Under the pieces are notes generated by a model. That model was not told where the DNA came from. It did not search any database and saw nothing but the letters and a program-made list of their open reading frames with translations. Position numbers and translations under genes: made by a program. From NCBI GenBank assembly GCA_964611585.1, contig CAZTAK010000002.1, forward strand, positions 9,563 to 73,393: DNA of 63,831 nucleotides, in the 5' to 3' direction. Position 1 is the first letter of the stretch, and each line of letters starts with the position of its first letter. Below, piece after piece: positions 1 through 11,742 of the stretch. Source of the DNA: an uncultured Alphaproteobacteria bacterium. GTDB lineage: Bacteria > Pseudomonadota > Alphaproteobacteria > SHVP01.

Positions 1-116
1 CGATGCCGGGCCATCTTGACACGCCGGGAAGGATTGCGCGATTCGCGAGCGCTGTCCGGCCGGGCGGGTTATGCTATTGACCGGTACGTCATCCCCCCAA
101 TGCGGACTGCCATTCC

Positions 117-1523
117 ATGACCGTTGTTACCAGATTTGCCCCCTCGCCGACCGGATTCCTGCATATCGGCGGGGCGCGGACGGCGCTGTTCAACTGGCTG
201 TATGCGAAGCACGAGGGCGGCCTCTTCCGGCTCCGGATCGAGGATACCGACGCCAAGCGCAGCACCGAGGCGGCCGTCGCCGCCATTTTCGAGGGACTGG
301 AATGGTTGGGTCTTACCTGGGAGGGCGAGGCGCTATTCCAGTCACAGGCCCAGGATCGTCACCGGGAAGTCGCCGAGGCGCTGCTCGCCGCGGGGCAGGC
401 CTACCGCTGCTATGCGAGCAAAGAGGAACTCGCCGAAATGCGCGAAAAGGCGCGCGCCGAGGGCCGGCCGATGCGCTACGACCGGCGCTGGCGTGACCGC
501 GATCCGGCCGAAGCCCCGCCCGGTGTCCCGCCGGTGATCCGGTTCAAGGCGCCGCAGGGAGGCGAAACGGTGGTTCAGGACCGGGTCATGGGCGAGGTCC
601 GCGTCGCCCACGATCAGCTCGACGACATGGTGCTGCTGCGCGCCGACGGCACCCCCACCTACATGCTGGCCGTGGTGGTGGACGACCATGACATGGGCGT
701 GACCCACGTCATCCGCGGCGCCGATCACCTCAACAATGCGCTGCGCCAGGCGAATCTGATCGCGGCGCTCGGCTGGGAACTGCCGGTCTACGCCCATGTG
801 CCGCTGATCCACGGTCCGGACGGCGCCAAACTGTCCAAGCGCCACGGCGCGCTCGGGGTCGAGGAGTACCGCGAAATGGGTTATTTGGCGGAGGCGATGC
901 GCAACTACCTCGAACGTCTCGGCTGGTCGCACGGCGACGATGAAATCTTTTCCACCGATCAGGCGGTCGAATGGTTCGGCCTCGACGGCCTCGGCAAATC
1001 AGCGGCGCGTTTCGATTTTGCCAAGCTGGAAAACCTGAACGGCCATTATCTGCGCGACAAGACGGTTGCGGCGCTTGAGGGTCTGGTGATCCCGCGACTG
1101 GCGCAAAGCCTCGGCCGTGGCCTCTCGGAAGCGGAGGTGGCGCGTCTGGAACAGGCCCTCCCCGATCTAAAAGATCGCGCGAAGACGTTGTCGGAACTTA
1201 CTGAAAACGCATTATTTTATTTCACTGACGGGGCGCCGGAGCCGGACCCGAAGGCGGCCAAGATTCTGGACCCGGCGGCGCGCGCGCTGCTGGGGCGTCT
1301 TGCGCCCGTATTCGAGCATGCCGACGAGTGGCAGGCCCCGGTTCTGGAGGCGCGAGGACGCGCCTTTGCCGAGGTCGAAGAGGTGAAATTCGTAAAGATC
1401 GCCCAACCGCTCCGCGCCGCCATCACGGGCCGCACGGTATCGCCCGGAATCTTTCAGGTTTGCCAAATACTTGGCCGCGAGGAAACGCTGCGGCGCCTGC
1501 GCGATGCGGTGCCTGCGCCTTAG
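117..1523 (+). CDS. gltX: glutamate--tRNA ligase (glutamyl-tRNA synthetase)
   Basis: 468-aa ORF with ATG at 117. Class I aaRS HIGH-type motif [14 protein letters not shown] near the N-terminus and KMSKS-type KLSKRHG. Confidence 0.95.
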   Translation: MTVVTRFAPSPTGFLHIGGARTALFNWLYAKHEGGLFRLRIEDTDAKRSTEAAVAAIFEGLEWLGLTWEGEALFQSQAQDRHREVAEALLAAGQAYRCYASKEELAEMREKARAEGRPMRYDRRWRDRDPAEAPPGVPPVIRFKAPQGGETVVQDRVMGEVRVAHDQLDDMVLLRADGTPTYMLAVVVDDHDMGVTHVIRGADHLNNALRQANLIAALGWELPVYAHVPLIHGPDGAKLSKRHGALGVEEYREMGYLAEAMRNYLERLGWSHGDDEIFSTDQAVEWFGLDGLGKSAARFDFAKLENLNGHYLRDKTVAALEGLVIPRLAQSLGRGLSEAEVARLEQALPDLKDRAKTLSELTENALFYFTDGAPEPDPKAAKILDPAARALLGRLAPVFEHADEWQAPVLEARGRAFAEVEEVKFVKIAQPLRAAITGRTVSPGIFQVCQILGREETLRRLRDAVPAP

Positions 1524-1629
1524 TGCCGCAGACCCCCCGATTGTCCCCAAAAGCGCGCAAAAGCGTTATAATCGGGCCAGGCATGCGCTTGTCGGCGCCT
1601 CCCCCCTTTTTCGCGATCGAGGGCAGTCC

Positions 1630-2949
1630 ATGGAAACCCAGAAATCGGCCGTAGGGCCGAACGGATCCGCCAAGCTGAGCATGGCGGACACTACCGATAC
1701 CGATCTGCCGGTGCTCGGCGGCTCGGTTGGTCCCGAAGTCATCGATATTCGCGGTCTATACAAGAACACCGGCCGGTTCACGTTCGACCCGGGATTTACC
1801 GCCACGGCCAGCTGTGAATCGAAAATCACCTACATCGACGGCGATGAAGGAATCCTGCTGCACCGTGGCTACAGCATCGAGGAATTGGCCGAAAACGGCG
1901 ACTACCTCGAGACCTGCTATCTGCTCTTGAACGGTGAACTGCCCAACGCCGCGGAAAAGGCCGAGTTCGAGCACGACATCACCATGCACACCATGGTGCA
2001 CGAGCAGCTCAGCTTCTTCTTCCGTGGGTTCCGGTGGGACGCTCACCCGATGGCGATCATGGTCGGCGTCGTCGGCGCCCTGTCGGCCTTCTACCACGAC
2101 AGCACCGACATTACGGACCCACACCAGCGCAAAGTCGCCTCCTACCGGCTGATCGCCAAGATGCCGACCATCGCCGCCATGGCCTACAAGTTCTCGGTCG
2201 GCCAGCCCTTCATCTACCCCCGCAACGACCTGAACTACGTCGACAACTTCCTGCACATGACGTTCGCGGTGCCGTGCGAGGAATACAAGATCAGCCCGGT
2301 CATGTCCCGGGCGATGGCGCGCACCTTTGTTCTTCATGCCGATCACGAGCAGAACGCGTCGACCTCGACGGTTCGCCTTGCCGGATCATCGGGCGCCAAT
2401 CCCTTTGCCTGCATCGCCGCCGGCGTTGCCTGCCTGTGGGGGGCGGCCCATGGCGGCGCCAACGAGGCCGTTCTTGCCATGCTCGACCAGATCGGCAGTG
2501 CCGACCGCATTCCCGAATTCATCAAGAAGGCCAAAGACAAGGACGATCCGTTCAAGCTGATGGGATTCGGGCATCGCGTCTACAGAAACTACGATCCGCG
2601 TGCGGCGGTCCTGCGAGCAAGTTGCCACGAGGTGCTCGACGAACTCGGAATCAAGAACGAGCCCAGCCTCAAACTTGCCATGGAGCTTGAGCGTCTCGCC
2701 CTTGAGGACAAGTATTTTGTCGAGCGCAAACTGTTCCCGAATGTCGATTTCTATTCGGGCATCATTCTTCGCGCCATGGGATTTCCGACCAGCATGTTCA
2801 CGGTTCTTTTCGCACTCGCCCGGACCGTCGGCTGGGTCGCCCAGTGGAACGAGATGATGGACGACCCGTCGCGCAAGATTGGCCGCCCGCGCCAGCTCTA
2901 CACCGGAGAACCGCGCCGCAATTACGTGTCCCTAGACCAGCGTGGCTAG
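1630..2949 (+). CDS. gltA: citrate synthase
   Basis: ORF 1471..2949. ATG at 1630 (METQKS...) chosen because the upstream part overlaps the gltX end and looks non-coding. [13 protein letters not shown] motif. The 439-aa length is typical. Confidence 0.93.
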   Translation: METQKSAVGPNGSAKLSMADTTDTDLPVLGGSVGPEVIDIRGLYKNTGRFTFDPGFTATASCESKITYIDGDEGILLHRGYSIEELAENGDYLETCYLLLNGELPNAAEKAEFEHDITMHTMVHEQLSFFFRGFRWDAHPMAIMVGVVGALSAFYHDSTDITDPHQRKVASYRLIAKMPTIAAMAYKFSVGQPFIYPRNDLNYVDNFLHMTFAVPCEEYKISPVMSRAMARTFVLHADHEQNASTSTVRLAGSSGANPFACIAAGVACLWGAAHGGANEAVLAMLDQIGSADRIPEFIKKAKDKDDPFKLMGFGHRVYRNYDPRAAVLRASCHEVLDELGIKNEPSLKLAMELERLALEDKYFVERKLFPNVDFYSGIILRAMGFPTSMFTVLFALARTVGWVAQWNEMMDDPSRKIGRPRQLYTGEPRRNYVSLDQRG

Positions 2950-3136
2950 GGGTCAGGCGGTCCGGGCGCTGAAACAGCGCCTGCCCCGCCCGGTCGCGCG
3001 CCGCGCCCAGATCCGGCGCATGGCACCCACGGCCAACGACAACCAGCGCTCACTGGCGGGTCAGGTGCGGGTCGTGGGACTGCGCGCGGTGGCTCTGGCC
3101 GGCGTGGTGTGGGCGCTCTGGTTCGGATTTACCTGA
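2942..3136 (+). CDS. candidate small membrane protein (hypothetical, no family recognised)
   Basis: 64-codon ORF (GTG 2942, internal ATG 3020). Hand count gives GC3 54/64 against GC2 36/64, a coding-like periodicity. Basic N-terminal half and hydrophobic C-terminus [17 protein letters not shown]. Confidence 0.3.
   Translation: MARGQAVRALKQRLPRPVARRAQIRRMAPTANDNQRSLAGQVRVVGLRAVALAGVVWALWFGFT
2965..2981 (+). terminator. GC hairpin just downstream of gltA (possible terminator, no U-tract)
   Basis: GGCGCTG-aaa-CAGCGCC forms a perfect 7-bp stem starting 16 nt after the gltA stop. No T-run follows. Confidence 0.25.
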
Positions 3137-3357
3137 CCTTCAGACGCGCTCGATCCCTTCATTCGTAAAGCCGCCGGGCGGTATACCCGGCGCAATCTGC
3201 GATGAAGGCAATACCAGCGCCGACCTTGCGGGCGGCGCCGGATTCGGCGCGCGCCTAAAGCTTCTCCCGTTCGCATGCGCTTACGCGAGAAGCTCTATCC
3301 CTTTGACATAGTACGCAAATCGTCGTCGCCGGCGATTCCGCTGGCTCGGGATTTGCT

Positions 3358-4530
3358 CTAGGGTGTGTTCGGCTTTGCCTTACCGAGCAGGTCCCAAAGG
3401 ATGCGGGCAGCGCGCACGCTTGGGCTCTCGCCACCCGGTGCCAGCGCCGATACCGCCTCGGCGGCAGCGGCAACCTGCTGCTTGCGGGCCGCCTCGTCGT
3501 CGAGCAGGCGAGCCGTTTCGCGCGCAAGGTTGGGGGCGGTGCAGGCGTCTTGCAGCAATTCGGGAATCTCGGGCCGGTCCAGTATCAGATTGACGAGATT
3601 AACGTAGCGCACCCGCACCAGCCGCCGCGCCAGCCACCAGGTCAGAGGGTGAAGCCGATAGGCGATCACCGTGGGAACCTGCGCAACGGCGAGTTCGAGC
3701 GCCACGGTGCCCGAGGCGGCGATGGCGGCATCGCTGGCGGCGAAGGCGGGAAGTTTTTCGGCGTCGCCAGTGACCACCACCGGCGTTCCCGGCCAGCGTT
3801 CGGCGGCACGGTTGATCTCTGCGGCCATCGCTTCGACCGCCGGAACAACGACCCGAAGCGGCGGCCGGCCCCGGCACAGTTCCCTCACCGCATCGCCGAA
3901 TACCGGTAGCAGGCGCGACACTTCGCTGTGGCGGCTGCCGGGCAGGACACAGACCACGGGAACTTCGGCGCCAATTCCGTGGCGGGCGCGGAAGGCGGCG
4001 CCGGCGCCGGGCTCGGCCGCGATCCCGGCAACCGGATGGCCGACGAAGGTGCAGGCAAGGCCCTCGACCTCGAAGTAGGGCGGCTCGAACGGCAGCAAGG
4101 CCAGCAGGTGCTCAAATAGCGGCGCGATCCGCCGTGCCCGTCCCGGTTTCCAGGCCCAGACGGTGGGCGCCACATAGTGGACCAGCCGCAGGCCCTTGGG
4201 GTGCAGCCGGCGCGCAAGGCGGAAATTGAAGCCGGGTGAATCGATGGTCACTACCACATCGGGACGGGTCCGGGCCGCAAAGTCCGTAGTCCGCCGCAGG
4301 TGGCCCATGATTAGCCTGAGCCGCGGCAGGACCTCGGCGAGCCCCATGACGGTGATGTCCTGCATCGGAAACAGGCTTTGAAGGCCCTCTGCCGCCATCA
4401 AGGGTCCGCCGACACCGGAAAATTCAATCGCGCCGGGCGCCGAGTCCTTGAGGGCTGCCATCAGTCCGGCGCCGAGCGCGTCGCCCGAAGGCTCCCCCGC
4501 CACCAGCATGAACCGCGCCGGCTTTGGCAT
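3358..4530 (-). CDS. lpxB: lipid-A-disaccharide synthase
   Basis: 390-aa ORF with ATG at 4530. N-terminal VAGEPSGDALGAGLM segment is typical of LpxB. Lies within the lpx cluster. Confidence 0.9.
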   Translation of the reverse strand: MPKPARFMLVAGEPSGDALGAGLMAALKDSAPGAIEFSGVGGPLMAAEGLQSLFPMQDITVMGLAEVLPRLRLIMGHLRRTTDFAARTRPDVVVTIDSPGFNFRLARRLHPKGLRLVHYVAPTVWAWKPGRARRIAPLFEHLLALLPFEPPYFEVEGLACTFVGHPVAGIAAEPGAGAAFRARHGIGAEVPVVCVLPGSRHSEVSRLLPVFGDAVRELCRGRPPLRVVVPAVEAMAAEINRAAERWPGTPVVVTGDAEKLPAFAASDAAIAASGTVALELAVAQVPTVIAYRLHPLTWWLARRLVRVRYVNLVNLILDRPEIPELLQDACTAPNLARETARLLDDEAARKQQVAAAAEAVSALAPGGESPSVRAARILWDLLGKAKPNTP

Positions 4531-4566
4531 TGTAAGTTCTGGCCTCCGCCCGGGTGCCGCCCGGCC

Positions 4567-5415
4567 CTAGCCCGCGCCTCGTTCAATGGCCGTGACGAAC
4601 AGACCGGCCGCGTCGGCGGTGCCCGCCACCTCGTCGCGGTTGATAATGAGTGCCACCCCGGCCTCGACCGCGATTCCATTTAGGCCCGCGGCGGCGGCCT
4701 GGGTGACGGTGTCAGGCCCGATCGCCGGACGGTCGGCGCGGTCCTCCTGGCCGGGCTTCAGACATTTGACGAGTACGCCCGATTTTTCGCTCTGTTTCAG
4801 CACCTTAATCCGCCCGAGCATGGCGGCGGTGCCCTCGGGCCCCTCGATGGCGAGGACCCGCCCGCCCTCGATAACGACCGCCTGCCCCATGTCGTAGGCG
4901 CCGAGCGTGGCGAGGAGTTCGACTCCGCGGGCGATGTCGGTTTCATCGGCCGCCTGCGGGCGGTGACGCCCGAGCGGCCCGGCACTTGCCAGCAACGCGG
5001 GCATCAAATCGTCCGGCGCGATGACGCGGAACCCTGCGGATTCTATTTCCGCCACGATCAACGTCATCAGCGCATCGTCGCCACCGGCAGCGGCAATTTT
5101 CGGCAACAGCCGCGCGCCGCGGAAATCGACCTTGATCGACTTGAGCGATGGCCGCTGCAGGCGGCCGGCCAAGATCACCTCTTGGCAGCCTTCGGCCTCG
5201 AGGCACTTGAGGATCTTGCCGACGGCGCCGATGCCGAGGCGCGCGTGCGGTATCGCCTCGATTCCGGCGGGCTGATCCTGCCCCTCGAAGGTAATCACGA
5301 ACACCTCGCGGCCGGCGTTGCGGCAGGCGGCGACGAGGTTTCCCGGCAGGTCGCCTCCGCCCGCCAGGATTCCGACTTTAGGCGGCACGGTCGAGTTTGG
5401 GCTGACAGATGGCAC
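4567..5415 (-). CDS. lpxI: UDP-2,3-diacylglucosamine diphosphatase LpxI (DUF1009 family)
   Basis: 282-aa ORF (GTG 5415, alternative GTG 5388). N-terminal [10 protein letters not shown]. Sits between lpxA and lpxB as in other alphaproteobacteria that lack lpxH. Confidence 0.8.
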   Translation of the reverse strand: MPSVSPNSTVPPKVGILAGGGDLPGNLVAACRNAGREVFVITFEGQDQPAGIEAIPHARLGIGAVGKILKCLEAEGCQEVILAGRLQRPSLKSIKVDFRGARLLPKIAAAGGDDALMTLIVAEIESAGFRVIAPDDLMPALLASAGPLGRHRPQAADETDIARGVELLATLGAYDMGQAVVIEGGRVLAIEGPEGTAAMLGRIKVLKQSEKSGVLVKCLKPGQEDRADRPAIGPDTVTQAAAAGLNGIAVEAGVALIINRDEVAGTADAAGLFVTAIERGAG

Positions 5416-6178
5416 GCGAGGAATCGGCGCGCACGAAATCGACTATTTCCATGACGTATGGGTTCTCGGCGAACAATTCAGCCACGTCCTCGAGGCGTTC
5501 CTGCAACGTGCCCTCTTCGGCGAACAAGAGCCGGTAGGCATTGCGGAGATCGTGAATAATTTCGCGCGTGAACGAGCGCCGTTTGAGGCCGACGATATTG
5601 AGGCCCTCCAGGTGCGCCCGGTTGCCGGTGACCGATCCGTAAGGAATCACGTCGTTCTCGACTCCCGACATGCCGCCCACCATGGCATGCGCGCCGATCC
5701 GCACGAACTGGTGGACCGCCGACAGACCGCCGAGGATCGCATGGTCACCGATCACGACATGCCCGCCGAGCGTGGCGTTGTTGACCAGGATCACATGGTC
5801 GCCAATCAGACAATCGTGGGCGACATGGACGCCGACCATGAAAAGACAGTTCGAGCCCGTCCGCGTGACCATGCCGCCACCTTCTGTGCCCGGGTTCATG
5901 GTGACGTGTTCACGGATGATTGTGTTGGGCCCGATGACGAGTTTGGAATCCTCGCCGTGATACTTCAGGTCCTGGGGCGGCAGCCCGATGGAGGCGAACG
6001 GATAGATCACCGTGTTGGGGCCGATTTCGGTGCGGCCGCCGATGACAGCATGGGATTTGACGGTCACACCGTCGCCGAGAACGGCATGGGCCTCGACGAT
6101 GCTGAACGGACCGACGGTGACGTTTTCCCCGAGCTGGGCGCCCGGTTCGACGATTGCGCTGGGGTGAATGCCGGTCAT
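5378..6178 (-). CDS. lpxA: acyl-ACP--UDP-N-acetylglucosamine O-acyltransferase
   Basis: 266-aa ORF with ATG at 6178. Left-handed beta-helix hexapeptide repeats from the N-terminus ([25 protein letters not shown]...). Length and context fit LpxA. Confidence 0.93.
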   Translation of the reverse strand: MTGIHPSAIVEPGAQLGENVTVGPFSIVEAHAVLGDGVTVKSHAVIGGRTEIGPNTVIYPFASIGLPPQDLKYHGEDSKLVIGPNTIIREHVTMNPGTEGGGMVTRTGSNCLFMVGVHVAHDCLIGDHVILVNNATLGGHVVIGDHAILGGLSAVHQFVRIGAHAMVGGMSGVENDVIPYGSVTGNRAHLEGLNIVGLKRRSFTREIIHDLRNAYRLLFAEEGTLQERLEDVAELFAENPYVMEIVDFVRADSSRAICQPKLDRAA

Positions 6179-6182
6179 CGCA

Positions 6183-6644
6183 TCATTCGTCCAGGATCAT
6201 GGCGGCGAAATCGGCCTCGGCGGCGAGGTGCTCGCCGACAAGGACATCGGCATGGAATTTCCAGACCATCCCGCGGCTGCGCATCTTCTTGACCATGACG
6301 CACATGACGTCGCCAGGCACCACCGGACGCCGGAACCGGGCCTTTTCGATCGACATGAAATAGACCAGCTTTCCCTCCGCTTTGGGTCCGAGCGTATGGA
6401 CCACCAGGACGGCTGCGGTCTGGGCCATCGACTCGACGATCATGACCCCCGGCATCACCGGGCGCTGCGGAAAATGACCCGAAAATTGCGGTTCATTGAC
6501 GGTGACGTTCTTGATTCCGGTCGCCGACTTGTCGGAGATCAGGTCGATAACCCGATCCACCAGCAGCATCGGGAAACGGTGCGGAATCATTTCCATAATG
6601 CGCAGGATGTCGACCGCATCGGCGCTTGCCAGGTCTTTATTCAT
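6183..6644 (-). CDS. fabZ: 3-hydroxyacyl-ACP dehydratase
   Basis: 153-aa ORF with [13 protein letters not shown] and [14 protein letters not shown] hot-dog active-site motifs. ATGA overlap with the lpxD stop. Confidence 0.93.
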   Translation of the reverse strand: MNKDLASADAVDILRIMEMIPHRFPMLLVDRVIDLISDKSATGIKNVTVNEPQFSGHFPQRPVMPGVMIVESMAQTAAVLVVHTLGPKAEGKLVYFMSIEKARFRRPVVPGDVMCVMVKKMRSRGMVWKFHADVLVGEHLAAEADFAAMILDE

Positions 6645-7669
6645 CGGCTCTTGCCCTGTTTCCTGATCATACGCCGCAAGATAACGCTTTGGCGGTGCCA
6701 GTCGCGAATCGGAACCGCCGGATAACCGCCGTAGGTGGCGCCGGCCGGAATGTCGGCCATGACGCCGCTTTGGCCCGCGATCTGGGCGCCGTCGCCGATT
6801 CGCAGATGGCCAGCGACTGCGACCTGTCCGCCGACCATCACGAAGTCCCCAAGCCGCGCACTGCCGGCGAATCCAGCCTGCCCGGCAACAATGCAGCCAA
6901 GGCCGAGGACCACGTTGTGACCGATTTGGACGAGATTATCAATCCGGCATCCATCGCCGATCACCGTGTCCGAACCGGTTCCGCGATCGATGGCACAATT
7001 TGCGCCGATCTCGACATCGTCGCCGATCAAGACGCGGCCGAGCTGGGGAATATTGACATGGCCTTTGCGCCGGGGCGCGAAGCCAAACCCGTCCTGACCG
7101 ATTCGGGTACCGGTGTGAATCACAACGCGGTCGCCGATCAGGCAGTGGCTCAGTGAAACCTGGACATGGATACGCGCGCCGGCACCGATGACCACCCCGG
7201 GTGCGACTACCGAGTTGGCCCCGATTGCTGAACCAGCGCCGATTTCGGCGCCTCGACCGACGACGGCGCCGGGTGCGACGCTGGCGCCCTCACCCAGCAC
7301 CGCTTCCGGATCGACGGCGGCCGAGGGCGCAATTCCCGGTTCAGGCGGTTGTTCGGGGTAGAAGGCGCGCGCGATTCGCGCGTAGGCGAGGTAGGGCGCG
7401 CCGGTCAGCAACAAGTGCATTCCGGCCGGCGCCTGCGCGGCGTACTTGGCTTCGATGACGCAGGCCCCGGCGGAACTGGTCTCGAATTGGGCACCGTATT
7501 TCGGGTTGTCGAGAAAAGAGAGTTCGTCGATTCCGGCCCGGTCGAGCGGCGCCACGTCGATCACCGATTTCTCTGGATCACTAAGTTCGGCGACTTCCGC
7601 GCCGCCAATGCGGGCCAAATCGTGCAGCGCGAATGGCCCTTTTCGGTCAAAGAATCGCCGGTCAACCAT
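6641..7669 (-). CDS. lpxD: UDP-3-O-acylglucosamine N-acyltransferase
   Basis: 342-aa ORF with ATG at 7669. N-terminal LpxD-type domain followed by long hexapeptide-repeat region. Confidence 0.92.
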   Translation of the reverse strand: MVDRRFFDRKGPFALHDLARIGGAEVAELSDPEKSVIDVAPLDRAGIDELSFLDNPKYGAQFETSSAGACVIEAKYAAQAPAGMHLLLTGAPYLAYARIARAFYPEQPPEPGIAPSAAVDPEAVLGEGASVAPGAVVGRGAEIGAGSAIGANSVVAPGVVIGAGARIHVQVSLSHCLIGDRVVIHTGTRIGQDGFGFAPRRKGHVNIPQLGRVLIGDDVEIGANCAIDRGTGSDTVIGDGCRIDNLVQIGHNVVLGLGCIVAGQAGFAGSARLGDFVMVGGQVAVAGHLRIGDGAQIAGQSGVMADIPAGATYGGYPAVPIRDWHRQSVILRRMIRKQGKSR

Positions 7670-8268
7670 TACTCGACGGCCGGCGGGGCAATCGCCACGT
7701 CGGGCAGGGCAAGATCGACACGGCGAATCACCTCGTCCGTAACGTCGAGGGTGCGCGAGGCGAAAATGATTTGAGTCTTGGCAACTATGACGTTGATGTC
7801 GCGCTCGCGCGTCAATTCGGCGAAGATCGGAATCATGGTCTCACGAACGAGGTTCATCGATTCCGAAAATCGGGCATCGAGGGCGCGGGAGATCGCCTGA
7901 ACGCGCTGCTGCACCGCATCGACGCGGAGTCGAAATTCGCGCTCGCGTTCGGCAAACGCTTCCGGCGACAGAATCGTGCGCTGCCGCGCAAGCTCCTGAT
8001 CGTCCTCGCGCAGCTTGTTCTCCTGTTCCGTTATCTCGGCAAGGTATTCGACTCGAAATGATTCCATCTGACTGCGAATGCTTTGCGCTGCCGCCGCATC
8101 ATTGAGCACACGCTGTATGTCGACGATCGCCAGAACCGCGACCGGCGCCGGCCCGGTCTCAGCCGGTGCCTCTTGCGCGCCGACCGGAATTGCCGCCAAC
8201 AGCACCGCCGCGAACAAAAAGGCGGCGAGGTTAGACCCCGAACGGTGGCGCCCTGTCCGGATCGTCAT
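7669..8268 (-). CDS. skp: OmpH/Skp family periplasmic chaperone
   Basis: ORF track gives 7669..8676, but that overlaps bamA. ATG at 8268 (MTIRTGRH...) lies 2 nt after the bamA stop and yields a signal peptide ([18 protein letters not shown]) plus a coiled-coil-rich body. Conserved bamA-skp-lpxD order. Confidence 0.75.
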   Translation of the reverse strand: MTIRTGRHRSGSNLAAFLFAAVLLAAIPVGAQEAPAETGPAPVAVLAIVDIQRVLNDAAAAQSIRSQMESFRVEYLAEITEQENKLREDDQELARQRTILSPEAFAEREREFRLRVDAVQQRVQAISRALDARFSESMNLVRETMIPIFAELTRERDINVIVAKTQIIFASRTLDVTDEVIRRVDLALPDVAIAPPAVE

Positions 8269-8269
8269 C

Positions 8270-10582
8270 TTAGAAGCGCGCGCCAAACGAAAGAAAGAAC
8301 GCCTGTGTTTCATCGACTGGTTCCTTCTTAAGGACTGTCGCATAGTCGACCTCGATGGGGCCGAAGGGCGATATCCATGAAATTCCAAAGCCGCTAGAAA
8401 TGCGGATCGAGCCAACATCGAATAGATCGTTGCCCGTTGCGTCAATATTGGAAAGAGTTCCCGCTTGCGAAAAGACCCGGCCGAGAATCCCGAGCTCGCT
8501 CGGAAGGCCGAGCGGGAACCTGATTTCGGCGGTGCTGACAAAGTACATATTTCCGCCCAGGGCGTCGCCTGAGGCCCTATCGCGCGGTCCGATCCCGGAA
8601 GGGCGAAAACCGCGGAAATTATTACCGCCGACGAAGAATCGGTCGGTAATGCCGACGTCCTGCCCGATACCGACAACGTACCCTTCGCGTAGCCTGAGTG
8701 TGGCGACCCATTCCTCCCACACCGGACGATAGTACGCGAGGCGCAATTCGTTCCTGAGATACCGTTTGTTGCCGCCCACCCCCGCCAGCGATTGATCGAA
8801 ACTTATGATGTACCCCTCAGTCGGTTGGAACCGATCGTCGCGAAGGTCATACACCAAGGTATGGCCGACTGCGGACGTGATCGAGGTTCCCTCCTGGTCG
8901 CTCACGAACTGCGAGGCGTCGGACCCGATATCGGAGATGGTGTCGCTGCGCAACGTGTAGCGGACGTTTTGCCGCAAATTCTCGGTCAGACGGTAGCCGC
9001 CCCGAAGAGCAAATCCCGCTTCCTGCGTATCGAACGAACTTTCCGACTGCCGGTCCGAAGATTTTCGGAATACGTCGAAACCGGCGGCAAGATTTCGGTC
9101 AAGGAAATAGGGTTCAGTGAAGGACAGATCGATTTCCTGGGTGCGTGCAGAAAGCTGAAACGTCGCCCGAAGGTCCTGCCCTTTGCCGAGCAAATTCCGT
9201 TCCCGAATCGTTATGTCGCCGATGACCTTTTCGGTTGTCGAATATCCGACCCCGAACGTGAGCTCGCCGGTCGAGCGTTCGCGGATGTCGACGCCAACGA
9301 CGGTTTTGTCCTCGGCTGAACCCGGTTCGCTCGACATCTCGACCAGTTCGAAGAACCCGAGGTCGCGAACCTGCTGGCGTGAACGGCGCAGGCGGGCCGC
9401 GTTGAAGGCATCGCCTTCGGCAATCCGGAATTCGCGCCGGATCACCTTGTCAAGCGTGCGAACGTTGCCGGTAATGTTTATGCGTTCAACGTATACACGG
9501 GGGCCTTCATCGATATCGAAGTGGATGTCGACTAGTTTCTGATCGCGGTCGAGTGTCAGGCGGGGCCGGATATCAGAGAATGCAAACCCAAGATTGCCTA
9601 TTTGGAAGGTCAGGTTTTGAATCGTTTCTTCAACTTCGGTGGCGCTGTACACCTCGCCCGGGACGATCGGAATGAAGGCGCGTAGAGTGGACGATGGCAA
9701 CGACCGAATCTGCGATTCAACCGTGATCGAACCGACATCGAATCGATCCCCTTCATCGATGGTGAAAGTGACGAAAAATTCGCTGCGGTCAACGGCCAGA
9801 TCTGCCACCGCCGCGACAACGCGAAAATCGGCGTAGCCCTTGCCAAGATAGAAGTTGCGCAGCATTTCGCGATCGAACGTCAGACGGTCAGGGTCGTAGT
9901 TGTCCGCCGACGAAAACAGTCGCCAAAACCGAGTCTCCTTGGTCGTGATCTCGGCCCGCAGCTTGCGGTCGGAAAAGGCGCGGTTGCCGATGAAGTTGAT
10001 CTTGCGGATCCCGGTAACCGGTCCTTCGTTGATTTCAAACACGAGATCGACCCGGTTCTGCGGCAACTGAATAACCTTGGGCTCGACGGTGGCGGCAAAC
10101 CGTCCTGAGCGGCGGTATATCTGAACCAGGCGTTGGACGTCGGTTTGAACCCGCGAGCGGGTGTAGACCACGCGCGGACGCAACTGCACCTCTGACTCCA
10201 GAACCTCGTCATCGATGATCCGGTTTCCCTCGAACGCGAGCCGGTTGATGATCGGGTTCTCGATCACGTTGACGATAAGATCGCCGCCCGATTGACGGAT
10301 GGTTACATCCGAAAACAACCCGGTGGCGAACAACGTCTTGAGAGAGCGGTCAATGCGCGACGGGGTAATGCGGTCCCCCGGCCGAAGCGTCATATAGGAC
10401 TGAACTGTCGCCGCCTCGACGCGCTGGTTGCCCTCGACCCGAACGCGGTCTAGAATCAGCTCCTGCGCCTGCGCCTTGCCCCATGCGGCGGTGACCAACA
10501 GTGCGGCCAGCATCAACAGCGCCACGACCCTGCGCCCGGCCCCACCCCGGCCGGCCGTCCGGGCATCACTGCGGCAGCTCAC
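8270..10582 (-). CDS. bamA: outer membrane protein assembly factor BamA
   Basis: 770-aa ORF (GTG 10582) with signal peptide, POTRA-repeat region and Omp85 barrel ending in a terminal ...SFGARF. Confidence 0.93.
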   Translation of the reverse strand: MSCRSDARTAGRGGAGRRVVALLMLAALLVTAAWGKAQAQELILDRVRVEGNQRVEAATVQSYMTLRPGDRITPSRIDRSLKTLFATGLFSDVTIRQSGGDLIVNVIENPIINRLAFEGNRIIDDEVLESEVQLRPRVVYTRSRVQTDVQRLVQIYRRSGRFAATVEPKVIQLPQNRVDLVFEINEGPVTGIRKINFIGNRAFSDRKLRAEITTKETRFWRLFSSADNYDPDRLTFDREMLRNFYLGKGYADFRVVAAVADLAVDRSEFFVTFTIDEGDRFDVGSITVESQIRSLPSSTLRAFIPIVPGEVYSATEVEETIQNLTFQIGNLGFAFSDIRPRLTLDRDQKLVDIHFDIDEGPRVYVERINITGNVRTLDKVIRREFRIAEGDAFNAARLRRSRQQVRDLGFFELVEMSSEPGSAEDKTVVGVDIRERSTGELTFGVGYSTTEKVIGDITIRERNLLGKGQDLRATFQLSARTQEIDLSFTEPYFLDRNLAAGFDVFRKSSDRQSESSFDTQEAGFALRGGYRLTENLRQNVRYTLRSDTISDIGSDASQFVSDQEGTSITSAVGHTLVYDLRDDRFQPTEGYIISFDQSLAGVGGNKRYLRNELRLAYYRPVWEEWVATLRLREGYVVGIGQDVGITDRFFVGGNNFRGFRPSGIGPRDRASGDALGGNMYFVSTAEIRFPLGLPSELGILGRVFSQAGTLSNIDATGNDLFDVGSIRISSGFGISWISPFGPIEVDYATVLKKEPVDETQAFFLSFGARF

Positions 10583-11715
10583 GAAAACAGTCCGGTAACG
10601 TAGCCGAAAATGTTCAACCGGTTGAGATCGTTGAAAGTCGTGAACACGATCAGCGCCAGCACCAATATCAAGCCAAACCGCAAACTGATGCCTTGGGCGC
10701 GCGCGCTCAGGGGTCGGCCGCGCAGCCCTTCGATTATGTAGAACAGAAGATGGCCGCCGTCGAGGATCGGCACCGGGAACAAGTTGATCAGCCCGAGGCT
10801 AACCGACAAAAAGGCCGCGAACTGTATCGCCGCGATCACGCCCAACTGGGCCACCTGCCCCGACATCTGGGCGATGCCAATCGGCCCGGCAAGATCGGTG
10901 GTGCCGCGTGTGCCGACGATCATCTGCCGCAACGCCACGAACGTGGTGCTGACGATGTCGATTGTCGCACGGGTTCCGGCCCAGATCGCCGAGAGCGGAT
11001 CGTGGCGCACAAATTCGACGGATGAGGACCGGACTCCGAGGCGCCCGATCCGCAAAACGTTTCCGAACTGGTCGGTCTCGACGATCAGTTCGGGGGTCGC
11101 CTTCAGCATCAGTTCCAATTCGTCACGGCGGACGACGATTTCCAGTTCCTCGCCGGGCCGCAACTGTACCAACCGCTGTAGGTCCTCGAAGCGCCGGATC
11201 GTCGCCCCTCCGACCTCAAGAATTCGGTCGCCCGCCATCAACCCGGCGCGCTCGGCCGGGCTATCGGAAATGACTTCGCTGACGACCGGTGCCGTAAATG
11301 GTTGACCGACGATCGAAAATATTCCCGCAAACAGGATAATTGCGAACAGGAAGTTGGCCAGGGGACCAGCGACGACGACGGCGGCGCGATGGCGCAGAGG
11401 TTTGTGATGAAAGTTGACGGCGCGCTCGGCCGCAGTCATGCTGCCGACCCCGTCGCCGGCCGCACTCGCGGCATTGGCATCGCCGAAAAACTTGACGTAG
11501 CCGCCGATGGGAATCGACGCGATCTTCCATCGCGTCCCGTGGCGGTCGTCCCAGCCGTAGAGTTCGTGCCCGAAGCCGATGGAAAATACCTCCACCCGGA
11601 TACCGGCCCAGCGCGCAACCAGGTAGTGCCCCATCTCATGCACGAATACGAGCACGCTGATGATGACGAAAAACGTCGCAACGGACTCTATCCTCTCAAA
11701 AACAAACTCGATCAC
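10579..11715 (-). CDS. rseP: RIP zinc metalloprotease RseP
   Basis: 378-aa ORF (GTG start) with an HEMGHYLVAR HExxH motif in the first TM region, a central PDZ-like segment and a C-terminal TM with LNLFPVPILDGG. Confidence 0.9.
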   Translation of the reverse strand: MIEFVFERIESVATFFVIISVLVFVHEMGHYLVARWAGIRVEVFSIGFGHELYGWDDRHGTRWKIASIPIGGYVKFFGDANAASAAGDGVGSMTAAERAVNFHHKPLRHRAAVVVAGPLANFLFAIILFAGIFSIVGQPFTAPVVSEVISDSPAERAGLMAGDRILEVGGATIRRFEDLQRLVQLRPGEELEIVVRRDELELMLKATPELIVETDQFGNVLRIGRLGVRSSSVEFVRHDPLSAIWAGTRATIDIVSTTFVALRQMIVGTRGTTDLAGPIGIAQMSGQVAQLGVIAAIQFAAFLSVSLGLINLFPVPILDGGHLLFYIIEGLRGRPLSARAQGISLRFGLILVLALIVFTTFNDLNRLNIFGYVTGLFS

Positions 11716-11742
11716 GGTGAACCCATGTTGTAGGCAGGCGGG

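Noticed and set aside
3258-3293. 8-bp perfect inverted repeat AGCTTCTC…GAGAAGCT with a 20-nt loop, downstream of lpxB.
   Set aside because: The loop is long and no convincing U-tract follows on either strand, so I cannot support it as a terminator or a defined regulatory site.
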